Part shown: positions 27,632-39,681 of the stretch, in pieces
Position numbering within the stretch: the stretch's first letter is position 1
Layout of the letters: each line of letters begins with the position of its first letter
NCBI GenBank assembly: GCA_018384745.1
Contig: JAHAYH010000029.1
Coordinates: 2,119 to 66,118, forward strand
Reading direction: 5' to 3'
Length of the DNA: 64,000 nucleotides
Origin: Caryophanon sp.
GTDB lineage: Bacteria; Bacillota; Bacilli; Bacillales_A; Planococcaceae
Position numbers and translations under genes: made by a program
Notes under the pieces: model-generated
Databases searched by the model: none
Told to the model about the DNA's origin: nothing
The model's input: the letters and a program-made list of their open reading frames with translations, nothing else

Positions 27632-28024
27632 TTATTGCCCTCCTTTAATCACTGTTTTTAATGTGTTCAGCTTTCCATTTACTCGATCGATTAACGCATT
27701 GTAATAAATTGTGTTTTCTGCCATTTTCGCTTGCTCCGCGTCCATATCAACACCATTTCCGTTTTGACGATAACGTAAATTCGTGTAGCTATATACACCA
27801 TCGGACGTTTCAGATTGTTTAAATTCATAGTGTCGTGTATCCGTTCGATGTGCGGACATTGTTTCCGTTTCTGCATCACGCAGCATTTTCGCAAAGCTCA
27901 CATCTTTTGCTTTATACTTTGGTGTATCGACATTGGCAATGTTTTGAGCAATTGTTTTTTGCTTCGTCGCAGAATATTTCAATCCAGACTCTAAACTGCT
28001 AATTGTACCTGCAAATAAATTCAT
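27632..28024 (-). CDS. flgB: flagellar proximal rod protein FlgB
   Basis: 130 aa. Motif IAQNIANVDTPKYK. First gene of the fla/che cluster; SD GTGAGGTG. Confidence 0.93.
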   Translation of the reverse strand: MNLFAGTISSLESGLKYSATKQKTIAQNIANVDTPKYKAKDVSFAKMLRDAETETMSAHRTDTRHYEFKQSETSDGVYSYTNLRYRQNGNGVDMDAEQAKMAENTIYYNALIDRVNGKLNTLKTVIKGGQ

Positions 28025-28073
28025 TTTTACACCTCACTAACATCGTTACAGTTCAACAAATTGATTAACTTCT

Positions 28074-28102
28074 ATTGTAATTAACATTTTAAACAGTGTC
28101 TA
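28074..28102 (-). promoter_or_regulatory. candidate sigma-A promoter of the fla/che operon (TAGACA-17-TACAAT)
   Basis: On the minus strand the -35 TAGACA is at 28102..28097 and the -10 TACAAT at 28079..28074, with a 17-nt spacer. The predicted leader to the flgB ATG is about 45 nt. Confidence 0.4.
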
Positions 28103-28290
28103 TTGTCTTTCGCCAAAATAAACTAGTCGCTTATGACTATTTTAAGGGCTGCATATCTACGTTTCTGCCATAAGCACCCACCTTGTGAACTAGTAAAAAA
28201 TGCATAATTCTTGTTTAACTAAGCATTTTTATTCATGTAGTTTACACTAGAAATACAGTGTAAAACCGAGCTAACAACGTTTACAAAATA

Positions 28291-28344
28291 GTGAAAAAGA
28301 CAGACTACGTAGCAGCACTCAAAATATGCTGTACATAATCTGTC
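28291..28344 (-). terminator. intrinsic terminator after codY
   Basis: Minus-strand RNA GACAGA-uuau-GUACAGCA-(9 nt)-UGCUG(C)UAC-guag-UCUGUC followed by UUUUU. Confidence 0.65.
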
Positions 28345-28403
28345 CGTCACAAAATAGTCACTTTTATAGAGTTTACAGTTTCGTAAAAAGGGTAAATTAA
28401 AGG

Positions 28404-29183
28404 TTACTTCATTTTAATTTCAGCTAAAGCTGTTAAAAATTTATCATTTAACACTTTAATATATGTGCCCTTCATGCCTAAAGAACGTGATTCAATAACA
28501 CCTGCTGATTCTAATTTACGTAATGCGTTTACGATCACAGAGCGTGTAATACCAACGCGGTCTGCAATTTTAGACGCAACTAATAAACCTTCGTTGCCAT
28601 CAAGCTCTTCGAAAATGTGCTCGATTGCTTCTAATTCTGAGTATGATAATGAATTGATCGCCATTTGAACAACCGCTTTTGAACGTGCTTCCTCTTCGAT
28701 TTCCTCTGATTTTTCACGTAAAATTTCCATACCAACTACAGTAGCACCGTATTCAGCTAAAATTAAATCATCATCTTCAAATTGTGCTGCAACGCGCGCT
28801 AAAATTAATGTTCCTAGACGCTCACCACCACCGATGATTGGTACGATTGTTGTTAAGCCATCGCGGAATAAGTCTTTGTTTTCCACAGGGAATGCTGTGT
28901 AATCGCTATCGATGCCAATGTTTGAAGATGTTTCTGTAATTGAGAATAAGTTTTGTGTATATTCAATTGGGAATTGACGCTCTTCGAACATTTTTTTAAT
29001 GCGCTCGTTTTCAATTTGTTGGTGAATTGATAAACCTAATAATTTACCTTTACGGCTTACGATAAATACGTTTGCATCAATGATGTCACCTAACGTGTCT
29101 GCCATTTCTTTAAAGTTTACTGGCTTACCAGCTGACGCTTGTAGCATCGAGTTAATTTTTCGAGTTTTTGCTAATAAATTCAT
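28404..29183 (-). CDS. codY: GTP/BCAA-sensing global regulator CodY
   Basis: Start trimmed to the ATG at 29183 ([15 protein letters not shown], 259 aa). Winged [47 protein letters not shown]. Confidence 0.97.
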   Translation of the reverse strand: MNLLAKTRKINSMLQASAGKPVNFKEMADTLGDIIDANVFIVSRKGKLLGLSIHQQIENERIKKMFEERQFPIEYTQNLFSITETSSNIGIDSDYTAFPVENKDLFRDGLTTIVPIIGGGERLGTLILARVAAQFEDDDLILAEYGATVVGMEILREKSEEIEEEARSKAVVQMAINSLSYSELEAIEHIFEELDGNEGLLVASKIADRVGITRSVIVNALRKLESAGVIESRSLGMKGTYIKVLNDKFLTALAEIKMK

Positions 29184-29291
29184 AATATATTTAGATCCTC
29201 CTGATCGACTACCGACCATTTTTTTATTTTCATAATTCACTTAATATTCTAAAGGTTTTCACAATTTATTGAAAATAATATGCTTGAATAA

Positions 29292-30683
29292 CTATAAAAT
29301 AAATTGTGTTAAATCTTTATTTTTCACAATTTCGCCTAACTTCGCATCCACGTAAGCAGGTGTAATCGCAATATGTGCTGGCGCAATTTCTGACGCCTCA
29401 AACGATAGTTCCTCTAACAGGCGCTCTAAAATCGTATGCAAACGACGTGCACCGATATTATCTGTTTCTTGGTTCACTTCCGTTGCCACTTCTGCAATGC
29501 GCTCAATCGCATCATCTGTGAAATCGATTGTGACACCTTCTGTTTCAAGCAATGCTTTATATTGTAAGATGAGCGATTGATCTGGCTCATGTAAAATGCG
29601 GACAAAGTCTTCTTTCGTTAACTTTTCAAGCTCCACACGAATCGGGAAGCGCCCTTGTAATTCAGGAATTAAATCAGATGGTTTCGCAACGTGGAAAGCA
29701 CCTGCTGCGATAAACAGCATGTAATCCGTTTTTACCGGACCATATTTCGTCGTCACCGTTGAACCTTCAATAATTGGTAAAATATCGCGTTGCACCCCAT
29801 CACGTGATACAAGTGCATTGCCGCCACTGTTTCCTTTTGACGCAATTTTATCAATTTCATCGATGAAAATAATGCCCGCTTGTTCCGCACGAACGACCGC
29901 TTCTTGCGTCACTTCATCGTTATCAATTAGCTTCGCTGCTTCTTCAACCGTTAAAAGACGACGCGCATCCTTCACTTGCACACGACGCTTTTTCGTCTTT
30001 TTCGGCATTAAGTTTGATAGCATGTCCTGCATGCCATTGCCAGCCATCTCCATCCCTGAACCTTGTAGCGCATCAAAGATCGATGGCGCTTGCTCGGTCA
30101 CTTCAACCGTTACCCATTCGTTTTCAAGCTTGCCAGCTGCTAAATCAAGCGCGACTTGTGCACGCTTTGAGCGCACTTCTGCTTGCTCTGCTCCATCTTC
30201 TTCTTGCGGTTGTTGACCACCAAACAATGCTTCAAATGGATTTTGTGTCGCTTGTTTTTTACGTAATACCGGCACAAGCAGCTTCACAATTTGCTCATTT
30301 GCTAGTTGCTCCGCTTGCTCTTTCACCGCTTCCATCTTTTCTTCTTTCACAACGCGGACCGATGACTCCACTAAATCGCGCACCATCGATTCAACGTCGC
30401 GCCCAACATAGCCGACTTCCGTGAACTTCGTCGCTTCCACTTTAATAAATGGTGCGTTCGTTAACTTCGCAATGCGACGAGCGATTTCCGTTTTCCCGAC
30501 ACCTGTTGGACCAATCATTAAAATGTTTTTTGGAATCACTTCATTTTTTAAATCTTCTGGTAATAAGCTTCTGCGGTAACGGTTACGCAGCGCTACGGCC
30601 ACGGCACGCTTTGCGTCGTTTTGCCCGACGATATGGCGATTTAAATGCTCAGTAATTTGTTTTGGTGTTAAATGTTTTGTCAT
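29292..30683 (-). CDS. hslU: ATP-dependent protease ATPase subunit HslU (ClpY)
   Basis: 463 aa. Walker [16 protein letters not shown] and Walker [10 protein letters not shown]. Confidence 0.97.
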   Translation of the reverse strand: MTKHLTPKQITEHLNRHIVGQNDAKRAVAVALRNRYRRSLLPEDLKNEVIPKNILMIGPTGVGKTEIARRIAKLTNAPFIKVEATKFTEVGYVGRDVESMVRDLVESSVRVVKEEKMEAVKEQAEQLANEQIVKLLVPVLRKKQATQNPFEALFGGQQPQEEDGAEQAEVRSKRAQVALDLAAGKLENEWVTVEVTEQAPSIFDALQGSGMEMAGNGMQDMLSNLMPKKTKKRRVQVKDARRLLTVEEAAKLIDNDEVTQEAVVRAEQAGIIFIDEIDKIASKGNSGGNALVSRDGVQRDILPIIEGSTVTTKYGPVKTDYMLFIAAGAFHVAKPSDLIPELQGRFPIRVELEKLTKEDFVRILHEPDQSLILQYKALLETEGVTIDFTDDAIERIAEVATEVNQETDNIGARRLHTILERLLEELSFEASEIAPAHIAITPAYVDAKLGEIVKNKDLTQFIL

Positions 30684-31225
30684 TATAAAACCTCCAAAAT
30701 AATATTATGATTTGTAAATACGCAAATATCGGCGGCTGTTTCAAGCGATGCGTGCGCAATCTCTTTTGCTGATAACGTATCGCCGGCAAATTTCTTCAAC
30801 GCACGACCTGCAGATAACGCATAGTTTCCACCTGAACCAATCGCTAAAATGCCGTCATCTGGCTCAATTACTTCTCCTGTTCCTGAAACGAGCAATAACG
30901 TTTCCTTGTCCATCACAAGTAATAGCGCTTCAAGTTGACGTAGCATTTTATCGCCGCGCCACTGCTTTGCGACTTCCACTGCTGCACGTTGTAAATTACC
31001 GTTATATTCATTTAATTTTGTTTCAAACATTTCAAACAATGTAAACGCGTCTGCTACTGAGCCTGCAAAACCGGCTAATACTTGACCGTTAAACAAACGA
31101 CGTACTTTTTTCGCTGTTGCTTTCATCACAACTTGATTCCCTAATGTTACTTGACCGTCACCAGCCATTGCGCATTCGCCGTTATGCTGGATTGCAAAAA
31201 TTGTTGTTGCATGAATTTGCCCCAT
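30683..31225 (-). CDS. hslV: ATP-dependent protease subunit HslV (ClpQ)
   Basis: Start trimmed to the ATG at 31225 (SD AAGGAG). N-terminal [12 protein letters not shown]; [14 protein letters not shown]. One-nt TAATG overlap with hslU. Confidence 0.95.
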   Translation of the reverse strand: MGQIHATTIFAIQHNGECAMAGDGQVTLGNQVVMKATAKKVRRLFNGQVLAGFAGSVADAFTLFEMFETKLNEYNGNLQRAAVEVAKQWRGDKMLRQLEALLLVMDKETLLLVSGTGEVIEPDDGILAIGSGGNYALSAGRALKKFAGDTLSAKEIAHASLETAADICVFTNHNIILEVL

Positions 31226-31239
31226 ACTTTCCACTCCTT

Positions 31240-32139
31240 TTATGCCCTTGGATGTGCATTCATATATGTTTTTTTCAAATGCTCTTTTGTTACGTGTGTA
31301 TATACTTGCGTTGTCGATAGTTGTGCATGTCCAAGCAACTCTTGAACAGAGCGAATGTCCGCACCGTTATTAAGTAAATGCGTCGCAAACGTATGACGCA
31401 GCATATGCGGATACAGATGAAGCTGCACCGCCGCTTTGTCGACCATTTGCTGTAAAATATGCCGCACGCCTTTTGCTGTTAATGGTCCACCACGCATATT
31501 GACGAATACGTGTGCATGTTGTTGTGTCTTCATAATGCGTGGACGTGCATACTCTACGTAATATGCTAACGCATTTAACGCATATTGACCAAATGGAACG
31601 ATTCGCTCTTTTTTTCCTTTACCGGTTACACGTATAAAGCCGTACTGAAAATCTATATGTGCTAGCTCAAGTGCAAGCAGCTCGCTAACACGTACACCGG
31701 TTGCATAGAATAGTTCCAACATAGCGATATTGCGAATAGATTGCAAATCATCGCCTTCATTCGCCTGAAAAATTTGGGCCAGTTCTTCCGCGTAAAAAAA
31801 CTGCGGCAGCTTCTGCTCTTTTTTCGGATGGAACAGCGCGGTAAACGCCGTAATATCAAGTTCAAATTGTTTGTTTAAAAACGCAAAAAAAGAACGAATC
31901 GAAGAAATTTTTCTCGAAATCGTCGTTCTCGCTTTTTGTTCTTCATATAGTTTCGTAATAAAGGCGCGCGCATGTATGTATTCTACATGCTCCAGTTGCT
32001 GTAAGCCTTCTTGCTGTAAAAACGTGATAAACTCCTCAACATCGTACGCATATTCACGAACGGTATGGATCGATAACATACGTTCTGCTTGAATATAGTA
32101 TACAAATCGGTCCATTGCTTCTGTAAATGTTAGTCGCAT
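31240..32139 (-). CDS. xerC: tyrosine recombinase XerC (CodV type)
   Basis: 299 aa. Catalytic contexts [12 protein letters not shown] and [15 protein letters not shown]. The housekeeping xerC-hslVU-codY arrangement. Confidence 0.92.
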   Translation of the reverse strand: MRLTFTEAMDRFVYYIQAERMLSIHTVREYAYDVEEFITFLQQEGLQQLEHVEYIHARAFITKLYEEQKARTTISRKISSIRSFFAFLNKQFELDITAFTALFHPKKEQKLPQFFYAEELAQIFQANEGDDLQSIRNIAMLELFYATGVRVSELLALELAHIDFQYGFIRVTGKGKKERIVPFGQYALNALAYYVEYARPRIMKTQQHAHVFVNMRGGPLTAKGVRHILQQMVDKAAVQLHLYPHMLRHTFATHLLNNGADIRSVQELLGHAQLSTTQVYTHVTKEHLKKTYMNAHPRA

Positions 32140-32356
32140 TATGTACCTCCGTAATTGTCCATGAAGGAAGTAGCAGAAACTCTGCTGATTTATTCGTTAA
32201 TATAAAAGTTCACCTTTAGACAATAGACGTAAAACAGTCATCTGACAAGTAGTAAATACTATTTTTTAATATTTTTTTATGAATTACAAAAAAGTAGTGC
32301 TACAAATACCATACTGCTTACATTCAATATTTCATATTACTTCAACGTTTGCAATG

Positions 32357-32396
32357 AAAAAGCCTTTAAGATTATATCAAGTCTTAAAGGCTTTTT
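32357..32396 (-). terminator. intrinsic (bidirectional-looking) terminator after trmFO
   Basis: 15-bp perfect stem AAAAAGCCTTTAAGA / TCTTAAAGGCTTTTT with a 10-nt loop, beginning 5 nt after the trmFO stop. Confidence 0.8.
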
Positions 32397-32400
32397 CAAA

Positions 32401-33714
32401 CTAAAGTTCAGTTGTTTTCACAAAGTTCTCAATTGCTTGTAATGCGCGGTTTGCGTGACGCTCTGCACGCTCTGGCTTTGATTTAATGCGCTCGCCTAAT
32501 TCCGGGAAGATCCCGAAGTTTACATTCATCGGTTGGAAGTTTTTCGAATCCGCTTCTGTAATGTAGCGCGCCATTGAGCCAAGTGCTGTTTCAAACGGGA
32601 AGATTAACGGCTCTTCACCCATTGCTAAACGAGCAGCGTTAATGCCTGCGATTAAACCAGAACCTGCTGATTCCACATAGCCTTCAACACCTGTCATTTG
32701 ACCTGCGAAGAAAATGTTTTTGTCAGCTGCTAACTGATACGTTTTTTCCAACACTTTTGGTGAGTTGATAAACGTGTTGCGGTGCATAACGCCGTAGCGA
32801 ACGATTTCCACATTTTCTAAACCTGGAATCATCGAGAATACGCGCTTTTGCTCGCCCCATTTTAAATGCGTTTGGAAACCAACGATGTTGTAAAGCGTAC
32901 CTGCTGCATCGTCTTGACGCAATTGTACAACCGCATATGGACGCTTACCAGTTTTCGGATCTTCTAAACCAACTGGCTTCATCGGTCCAAATGTCATCGT
33001 TTTTTCACCGCGTGCTGCCATCACTTCGATTGGCATACATCCTTCGAAATACTTCTCTTTTTCGAATTCTTTTAACGGTGCACATTCCGCTTCGATTAAC
33101 GCTTGACGGAACGCATCAAATTCTTCCTTCGTCATTGGACAATTTAAGTATGCTGCTTCACCTTTGTCGTAACGTGATTTCAAGTACACTTTGTCCATAT
33201 TGATCGAATCTTTTTCTAAAATCGGTGCTGCTGCATCGTAGAAGTATAAGTAATCTTGACCTGTTAAGTTTTGAATTTGTGCCGCTAGTGCTTCTGACGT
33301 TAACGGACCTGTTGCGATTACCGTAATACCTGCTGGAATTTCTGTTACTTCTTCGTTAATGACTTCAATGTTTTCGTGGTTGCGTACCATTTCTGTTACG
33401 TACGCTGCGAATTCATGACGGTCTACCGCTAACGCACCACCAGCTGGTACAGCACATTGATCCGCTGCTGCCATAATAACTGAATCAAGCTTACGCATTT
33501 CTTCTTTAATAACACCTACTGCATTCGTTAAACCGTTTGCACGTAATGAGTTTGAGCAGACAAGCTCTGCGAATTTATCGGTATGGTGCGCTGGTGTTTG
33601 CTTCACTGGACGCATTTCGTGTAAACGAACCTTTACGCCGCGCTTTGCGATTTGCCAAGCGGCTTCACTACCGGCTAAACCGGCACCAATAACGTTAACA
33701 ATTTGTTGAGACAT
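32401..33714 (-). CDS. trmFO: folate-dependent tRNA (m5U54) methyltransferase TrmFO (Gid)
   Basis: 437 aa. FAD fingerprint [16 protein letters not shown]. Lies between topA and xerC. Confidence 0.95.
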   Translation of the reverse strand: MSQQIVNVIGAGLAGSEAAWQIAKRGVKVRLHEMRPVKQTPAHHTDKFAELVCSNSLRANGLTNAVGVIKEEMRKLDSVIMAAADQCAVPAGGALAVDRHEFAAYVTEMVRNHENIEVINEEVTEIPAGITVIATGPLTSEALAAQIQNLTGQDYLYFYDAAAPILEKDSINMDKVYLKSRYDKGEAAYLNCPMTKEEFDAFRQALIEAECAPLKEFEKEKYFEGCMPIEVMAARGEKTMTFGPMKPVGLEDPKTGKRPYAVVQLRQDDAAGTLYNIVGFQTHLKWGEQKRVFSMIPGLENVEIVRYGVMHRNTFINSPKVLEKTYQLAADKNIFFAGQMTGVEGYVESAGSGLIAGINAARLAMGEEPLIFPFETALGSMARYITEADSKNFQPMNVNFGIFPELGERIKSKPERAERHANRALQAIENFVKTTEL

Positions 33715-33735
33715 ATTTATTTACCTATCTTTCTT

Positions 33736-35817
33736 TTATTGAGTCGGCGCTTCTTCGTAGTCACATTTCGTACATTGAATTTGCACGCCTTTTTTAATTT
33801 TCTTCTCCACTAATAATGCACTACATTTTGGACAAGGTCTACTAATTGGCTTATCCCATGACACGAATTCACATGTTGGATATTGATCACAGCCGTAGAA
33901 TAAACGCTTCGTTTTACTTTTACGCTCGACGATTTGCCCTTCTTCACAGTCTGGACATTTCACACCAATTTGTTTCATGATCGCTTTTGTATTGCGGCAA
34001 TCTGGGAAGTTTGAACATGCCATGAACTTGCCATAGCGTCCTAATTTAAATACCATTGGCGATCCGCACAATTCGCAATCTTCACCGGCAGGCTCGTCTT
34101 TAATAACGATTTTTTCCATCTCAGCGTCTGCGTACGCCACGCGTTTTTCGAAGTCTTGGTAAAACGCATCGATGACCTCTACCCATTGCTTTTGCCCTTC
34201 TTCTACTTCGTCTAAGTCATGTTCCATTTTCGCTGTAAATTCAATGTTTAAAATTTCAGGGAAAAACTCAATCGTTGCCCAGTGGACAATTTCACCAAGT
34301 TCGGATGGCACGAAGCGCTTCGTCTCCAGCGTTACATATCCACGCTTTTGAATCGTATCAAGCGTTGGTGCATATGTCGATGGACGACCTATGCCTAGCT
34401 CTTCTAACGTTTTCACTAAACGCGCCTCTGAGTAACGTGGTGGAGGCTGTGTAAAGTGTTGCTTCGGCTCAATTTGAATCGAGTTGACCGTATCGCCAAT
34501 CTCCATCGCTGGTAACAGCTTATTTGTTTCTTCCGTTTGGTCGTCTGTACCTTCAATGTATAGCTTCATAAAGCCGGCAAACTTCACTTGTGAACCGTTT
34601 GCACGGAACTGAACATCGCCATTTTGCAAATCTACCGTCATCGTATCTAACACAGCTGGTGCCATTTGGCTGGCGATAAAACGCTCCCAAATCAGGCGGT
34701 ATAAACGCAGCTGATCACGTGATAGTACATTTTTTAGCGTATCTGGTGAACGCAATGTACTCGTTGGACGAATCGCTTCATGCGCATCTTGTGCATTCGT
34801 TTTCTTCTTCGCAATTTTTTGCTCTGTACCGACAAACTCTTGTCCATATGTTGCTTCAATGAACGATACTGCCTCTGTTTTTGCCGTATCTGAAATACGC
34901 GTCGAGTCGGTACGCATGTACGTAATTAAACCGACTGTACCTTCTTTTTTACCGATATCAATACCTTCATACAGCTGCTGCGCAAGCATCATTGTCTTTT
35001 TTGCACGGAAGTTTAATTTACGCGCAGCTTCTTGTTGCAGCGAAGACGTTGTAAATGGCTGTGCCGCGTTACGCTTACGTTCTTTACGTACAACGTTTGT
35101 CACTTCAAACGCTTTTCCTTCAATGTTGTTGAGCACTTGTTGTACGTCGGCTTCATTTGTCAGCTTCATTTTTTGCTCACCATCGCCATAATAAAGCGCG
35201 CTAAATGGTTTTTTGCCTTTTTCAAATTCGCCTTCGATCGTCCAATATTCCTCTGGTTGGAAGCGTTTAATTTCTTCTTCGCGTTCAATAATTAAACGAA
35301 GCGCAATCGACTGTACACGTCCTGCCGATAATCCTTTTTTCACTTTCTTCCATAGAATAGGGCTGATGTTGTACCCAACTAAACGGTCTAAAATACGACG
35401 CGCTTGCTGTGCATCAACTAAGTCCATGTTGATTGGGCGTGGGTGCTTAAATGACTCGACAATCGCGTCTTTTGTAATCTCATTAAACACAACGCGACAA
35501 TCTGAATGAATATCGATGTTTAATGCGGTCGCTAAATGCCACGCAATCGCTTCCCCTTCACGGTCGGGGTCGGCTGCTAAATAAATTTTCTTCGCTTTTT
35601 TCGCCGCTTGTTTAAGCTCCTGTAGCACAGGACCTTTCCCGCGAATTGTAATATATTTTGGTTCGTAGTTGTTGTCTGTATCGATGCCCATTTGTGAGCG
35701 TGGTAAGTCACGCACATGTCCAATCGATGCTTTTACTTTATATTTTTTACCTAAATAACGTTCAATTGTTTTTGCCTTTGCAGGTGATTCTACAATTACT
35801 AAATAATCCGCCATCAT
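33736..35817 (-). CDS. topA: DNA topoisomerase I
   Basis: 693 aa. Toprim [18 protein letters not shown], active-site Tyr in LITYMRTDS, and three C-terminal CxxC zinc-ribbon pairs. Confidence 0.98.
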   Translation of the reverse strand: MMADYLVIVESPAKAKTIERYLGKKYKVKASIGHVRDLPRSQMGIDTDNNYEPKYITIRGKGPVLQELKQAAKKAKKIYLAADPDREGEAIAWHLATALNIDIHSDCRVVFNEITKDAIVESFKHPRPINMDLVDAQQARRILDRLVGYNISPILWKKVKKGLSAGRVQSIALRLIIEREEEIKRFQPEEYWTIEGEFEKGKKPFSALYYGDGEQKMKLTNEADVQQVLNNIEGKAFEVTNVVRKERKRNAAQPFTTSSLQQEAARKLNFRAKKTMMLAQQLYEGIDIGKKEGTVGLITYMRTDSTRISDTAKTEAVSFIEATYGQEFVGTEQKIAKKKTNAQDAHEAIRPTSTLRSPDTLKNVLSRDQLRLYRLIWERFIASQMAPAVLDTMTVDLQNGDVQFRANGSQVKFAGFMKLYIEGTDDQTEETNKLLPAMEIGDTVNSIQIEPKQHFTQPPPRYSEARLVKTLEELGIGRPSTYAPTLDTIQKRGYVTLETKRFVPSELGEIVHWATIEFFPEILNIEFTAKMEHDLDEVEEGQKQWVEVIDAFYQDFEKRVAYADAEMEKIVIKDEPAGEDCELCGSPMVFKLGRYGKFMACSNFPDCRNTKAIMKQIGVKCPDCEEGQIVERKSKTKRLFYGCDQYPTCEFVSWDKPISRPCPKCSALLVEKKIKKGVQIQCTKCDYEEAPTQ

Positions 35818-35947
35818 ACATCCTCCTTCTAAAATGAGAGGTTCTTTTAATTACATTTACGACTGCATGCTCGTAGTCATATGCTAGCGGATTATGTGTT
35901 TCTTCCATTTAAAAATGGATGAGGATAAAGTGACATTTAGCACAAAC

Positions 35948-35977
35948 ATAATCTTCGTACCTACATGTAACTGTCAA
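35948..35977 (-). promoter_or_regulatory. candidate sigma-A promoter for topA (TTGACA-18-GATTAT)
   Basis: On the minus strand the -35 TTGACA is at 35977..35972 and the -10 GATTAT at 35953..35948. The leader would be about 120 nt. Confidence 0.3.
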
Positions 35978-36039
35978 TCATTCATTTCGCTAACAGTATG
36001 ATTTTTCAACGAGAGCATCTCATTTCCGAGTAGCGTCGT

Positions 36040-36075
36040 TTGAAAAGAATATCTGTTGCAAAATGTATAACAGAT
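36040..36075 (-). terminator. possible terminator after dprA
   Basis: Minus-strand RNA AUCUGUU-(11 nt)-AACAGAU followed by AUUCUUUUCA. The stem is short (7 bp). Confidence 0.35.
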
Positions 36076-36097
36076 TTTCATATAATGCAACTTTTTT

Positions 36098-36973
36098 TCA
36101 ATTTTTATGTTGAAAATGTTGTAAAAAACGCGGCATTTCTTCAAGCGTTAAGGCGGTCGCTCCTTCGGCTATGAGCGCATTTGGACTAGCAGATAACGGT
36201 GAAAAAATATTTCCTGGCACCGCATAAATATCCTTTCCATGTGATAATGCATAGTCAATTGTGCTCATCGTACCACTTTTTTTCTCCGCTTCGGTTACGA
36301 TGACCGCTTCACTTAAACCACTAATAATCCGGTTACGCATCGGAAAATGCCATTTTTGCGGCGCATTATAATACGGATATTCCGTAACGAGTGCATAGTG
36401 CGCGGCGATGTAATCCGCAAGCGCCTTATGTTGTTTTGGGTACATGTAATGAAAGCCATGACCGACCACGCCGATCGTTGGACATTGATGCCTAATTGCC
36501 GCCTCATGTGCAAATGAATCTGCGCCTTTTGCTAAGCCACTTACAATGACCACACCTGCTTCTTTACAATGCGGCATCAGTTGCTCCATTACTGCGCGGC
36601 TATAATCCGTTGCTTTTCGAGAGCCGATGATGGCAATTGCACGCTGCTGTAAGTATGTGACGTCACCTTTCACATACAGTATAAGCGGCGGGTCATAAAT
36701 GTCATATAGCGCCCGTGGATAATTTGAAGCACCGTACATCAGGATATGAATATGTTGCTCCGCATAAAATGCCGCAATATTTTTAGTGCGCGCACGTTCA
36801 AATTGTTGTTGGTACTTTTTTGCTTGGGCAATGGAACAGCGCAAATACATGCTAATGTCAGCGGGAGAATACGTTAAAAAGTGGTCGAATTGTGGGTCTT
36901 GTTGCAAATACGTACGCAGTTGCTTGTAATGCAACGGTGCGATTTGATGGAAGGTTAATAAATTTTCGTTCAC
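36098..36973 (-). CDS. dprA: DNA processing protein DprA (Smf)
   Basis: 291 aa. Rossmann-like core IIGSRKATDYS ... SGLAKGADSFAHEAA. GTG start with SD AGAGGAGG. Confidence 0.9.
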   Translation of the reverse strand: MNENLLTFHQIAPLHYKQLRTYLQQDPQFDHFLTYSPADISMYLRCSIAQAKKYQQQFERARTKNIAAFYAEQHIHILMYGASNYPRALYDIYDPPLILYVKGDVTYLQQRAIAIIGSRKATDYSRAVMEQLMPHCKEAGVVIVSGLAKGADSFAHEAAIRHQCPTIGVVGHGFHYMYPKQHKALADYIAAHYALVTEYPYYNAPQKWHFPMRNRIISGLSEAVIVTEAEKKSGTMSTIDYALSHGKDIYAVPGNIFSPLSASPNALIAEGATALTLEEMPRFLQHFQHKN

Positions 36974-37023
36974 GGGGAAAAAGCCTCCTCTTTTATTATT
37001 TTTTCATAATAAAATGGCGCTTA

Positions 37024-37072
37024 AAAAAGAGGGAAAAAGCTCAGCGCTAAAACGTTTGCCAAGCTTTTTCTC
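37024..37072 (-). terminator. probable terminator after sucD
   Basis: Minus-strand RNA GAAAAAGCU-(20 nt)-AGCUUUUUC followed by CCUCUUUUUU. Confidence 0.45.
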
Positions 37073-37093
37073 TTATGAAGTTATAAGCGAATA

Positions 37094-37996
37094 TTAATGC
37101 GTTTTACACGCGTCGTATAAGCCTTTTTCTTTAATTACTTTAATTAATGTTTCACCGATAACAGATGGTGTTGGTGCTACTTCAATACCTGCTGCGTTCA
37201 TCGCTGCAATTTTATCAACTGCTGTACCTTTACCACCAGAAATGATCGCACCTGCGTGACCCATGCGCTTGCCTGGAGGTGCTGTTTGTCCACCGATGAA
37301 GCCGACAACTGGTTTTTTCATGTTTGCTTGAATCCACTCAGCTGCTTCTTCTTCGGCTGTACCGCCGATTTCACCAATCATAACAACCGCATACGTGTCT
37401 GGATCTTCATTGAATGCTTGTAAGCAATCGATGAAGTTTGTACCGTTTATTGGGTCGCCACCGATTCCGACAGCTGTCGTTTGACCGATGCCTGCTTCTG
37501 ATAATTGGTGTACCGCTTCATACGTTAATGTACCTGAACGAGATACAACGCCTACGTGACCTTTTTTATGAATGTAGCCTGGCATAATCCCAATTTTACA
37601 TTCGTCAGCTGTAATAACGCCTGGGCAGTTTGGACCGACTAAGCGCGTCTTTTTGCCTTCCATGTAACGTTTAACATTCACCATATCTAACACAGGAATG
37701 TGCTCTGTAATACAGATCGTTAAGTCTAATTCTGCATCAACCGCTTCTAAAATCGAATCGGCTGCAAATGCTGCTGGTACATAAATAACTGAAACCGTTG
37801 CACCTGTTGCTTGTACCGCTTCTTCCACTGTATTGAATACCGGAATACCATCCACATCTGTGCCACCTTTACCTGGTGTTACACCTGCAACGACTTTCGT
37901 TCCGTATTCAACCATTTGCTTCGTATGGAAACGTGCAGTTTCACCTGTGATCCCTTGCACGATTACTTTTGTGTCTTTATTGATGAAAACGCTCAT
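37094..37996 (-). CDS. sucD: succinyl-CoA synthetase alpha subunit
   Basis: 300 aa. Motif SRSGTLTYE and phosphohistidine loop [19 protein letters not shown] overlap with sucC. Confidence 0.97.
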   Translation of the reverse strand: MSVFINKDTKVIVQGITGETARFHTKQMVEYGTKVVAGVTPGKGGTDVDGIPVFNTVEEAVQATGATVSVIYVPAAFAADSILEAVDAELDLTICITEHIPVLDMVNVKRYMEGKKTRLVGPNCPGVITADECKIGIMPGYIHKKGHVGVVSRSGTLTYEAVHQLSEAGIGQTTAVGIGGDPINGTNFIDCLQAFNEDPDTYAVVMIGEIGGTAEEEAAEWIQANMKKPVVGFIGGQTAPPGKRMGHAGAIISGGKGTAVDKIAAMNAAGIEVAPTPSVIGETLIKVIKEKGLYDACKTH

Positions 37997-39171
37997 GCCT
38001 TAACCTCCCCAGCTACTAAGTTCACGATTTTTTGTGCGCCGTCTGCCATTGAGTTCGCCGCGACAATATTTAATCCTGAATTATTTAAAATGTCTTTCCC
38101 GATTTCTACGTTTGTACCTTCTAAACGTACAACTAATGGCACTTGTAAACCGATTTCGCGCGCTGCTGTTACAACGCCCTCTGCGATAATGTCACACTTC
38201 ATAATACCGCCGAAAATGTTGACGAAAATGCCTTTTACATTCGGGTCCGATAAAATAATTTTAAACGCTGCTGTTACTTTCTCTGTCGTTGCACCGCCCC
38301 CAACGTCAAGGAAGTTTGCCGGTGAACCGCCGTAATAACTAATTGTATCCATCGTTGCCATCGCAAGACCCGCACCGTTTACCATACAGCCGATATTGCC
38401 GTCTAGTGAAATGTAGCTTAAGTCATATTTTGACGCTTCGATTTCTTTTGAATCTTCTTCGTCTAAATCGCGTAATTCACGCACATCGGCATGACGGTAT
38501 AACGCATTTGAATCGAAGTTGAATTTTGCATCTAATGCTAATACTTGATCGTCACCTGTTACAACTAACGGGTTAATTTCAAGCATTGAGGCATCTTTAT
38601 CGATAAATGCTTCGTATAAACCTAACATTAACTTCGCTGCTTGATTTACAAGCTTTGCAGGAATCTCAATGTTAAATGCTAAGCGACGCGCTTGGAAAGC
38701 CGTTAACCCAACAACAGGGTCTACAACTTCTGTAAAGATTTTTTCTGGCGTTTCAGCTGCGACTTCCTCAATATCCATACCGCCTTCAGCAGAACCCATT
38801 ACCGTTACACGCGACGTTGCACGGTCTACGACTAAGCTAATGTAATATTCTTTTTCAATGTTTGGACACCCTTCTTCAATGTAAAGACGTTTTACTTCTT
38901 TACCTTCTGGACCTGTTTGGTGTGTCACAAGCACTTTTCCTAATAATTCTTTTGCATATGTACGTACGTCATCTAGGTTTTTGGCAATTTTAACACCGCC
39001 TGCTTTCCCTCGACCACCTGCATGAATTTGTGCTTTTACAACTGTTACTGTTGAATTTAATTCTTTCGCTACTTTAACTGCCTCGTCTGGTGAAAAAGCA
39101 ACAAACCCACGTGGAACTGCTACACCATATTGGCGCAGAACTTCTTTCCCCTGATACTCATGAATATTCAT
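37993..39171 (-). CDS. sucC: succinyl-CoA synthetase beta subunit
   Basis: Start trimmed to the ATG at 39171 ([10 protein letters not shown]; SD GGGAGGA). ATP-grasp fold. Confidence 0.97.
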   Translation of the reverse strand: MNIHEYQGKEVLRQYGVAVPRGFVAFSPDEAVKVAKELNSTVTVVKAQIHAGGRGKAGGVKIAKNLDDVRTYAKELLGKVLVTHQTGPEGKEVKRLYIEEGCPNIEKEYYISLVVDRATSRVTVMGSAEGGMDIEEVAAETPEKIFTEVVDPVVGLTAFQARRLAFNIEIPAKLVNQAAKLMLGLYEAFIDKDASMLEINPLVVTGDDQVLALDAKFNFDSNALYRHADVRELRDLDEEDSKEIEASKYDLSYISLDGNIGCMVNGAGLAMATMDTISYYGGSPANFLDVGGGATTEKVTAAFKIILSDPNVKGIFVNIFGGIMKCDIIAEGVVTAAREIGLQVPLVVRLEGTNVEIGKDILNNSGLNIVAANSMADGAQKIVNLVAGEVKA

Positions 39172-39219
39172 GATCCATCCTCCCATTCAAACCATAATCG
39201 AAATAGTTGTTACAACATT

Positions 39220-39248
39220 ATTTTAACCAAAAATTCTTACAATGTCTA
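39220..39248 (-). promoter_or_regulatory. candidate sigma-A promoter for sucCD (TAGACA-17-TAAAAT)
   Basis: On the minus strand the -35 is at 39248..39243 and the -10 at 39225..39220. Confidence 0.4.
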
Positions 39249-39390
39249 TATTACTCTTTAAAGTGGTTTTTTTCTTAAAATATCCATCATCTTCTCGAAA
39301 TAATCTTTTTTTGACATTTCAGCACTTTAATTGTTCGAATTTTTCAATTCGTGCGAAAAAGTTATTGTAAAAAAACATCATAATTAAAGG

Positions 39391-39681
39391 TTATTTTGTT
39401 CTAATTAAGTTATGTTGTTGATCTAATCGATAAATAAATGCAAAAACTTCCGCGACCGCTTGGTACAATTCTTCTGGAATGGCGGTGTTCATATCGAGCT
39501 GCCCAAGCACCTCCACTAGGCTTTTATCCTCATAAATCGGCACGGCTGCTTCCTCTGCTTTTGCTAAAATTTCCTCGGCAATTTTCCCCTTACCTTTTGC
39601 GGCGACGATCGGGCCTGACGAAACAGATGGATCGTACTTTAACGCGACCGCTTGTTTACGAATATGACGCTGTTCACTCAT
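39391..39681 (-). CDS. ylqH: stand-alone FlhB C-terminal-domain-like protein (YlqH type), lacking the NPTH site and membrane domain
   Basis: 96 aa. It aligns by eye with the tail of this window's FlhB: AVALKYD vs AIALKYD, PIVAAKG vs PRVIAKG, IPEELYQAVAEVFAFIYRL vs VPEEFFKTVAEILAYVYRI. ATGA overlap with the upstream gene. Confidence 0.85.
   Translation of the reverse strand: MSEQRHIRKQAVALKYDPSVSSGPIVAAKGKGKIAEEILAKAEEAAVPIYEDKSLVEVLGQLDMNTAIPEELYQAVAEVFAFIYRLDQQHNLIRTK

Noticed and set aside
28157-28184. Four-codon mini-ORF (MAET-stop) with a strong SD (AAGGTGGG) in the codY-flgB spacer
   Set aside because: It lies upstream of the best fla/che promoter candidate and downstream of the codY terminator, so it is probably not transcribed at appreciable level. 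It is too short to evaluate and there is no supporting attenuator structure.
30726-30733. Perfect SigD -10 octamer GCCGATAT on the minus strand inside hslV (a second copy is inside smc at 52272..52279)
   Set aside because: There is no TAAA-like -35 at 14-16 nt, and both lie deep in coding sequence (encoding ..ADI..). They are most likely chance occurrences. They serve as a caution for the rnhB-upstream match.
32371-32379. TGATATAAT (an extended -10 look-alike) between trmFO and xerC
   Set aside because: It sits in the loop of the trmFO terminator hairpin, more than 230 nt from xerC. It is more plausibly a coincidence of AT-rich loop sequence.
35901-35918. Palindrome TCCATTT-AA-AAATGGA upstream of topA, superficially like DegU half-sites (CATTTA/TAAATG)
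   Set aside because: Its spacing does not fit the reported DegU inverted repeat, as I recall it. It is a single AT-rich palindrome within a long 5' leader, so evidence for a regulatory site is insufficient.
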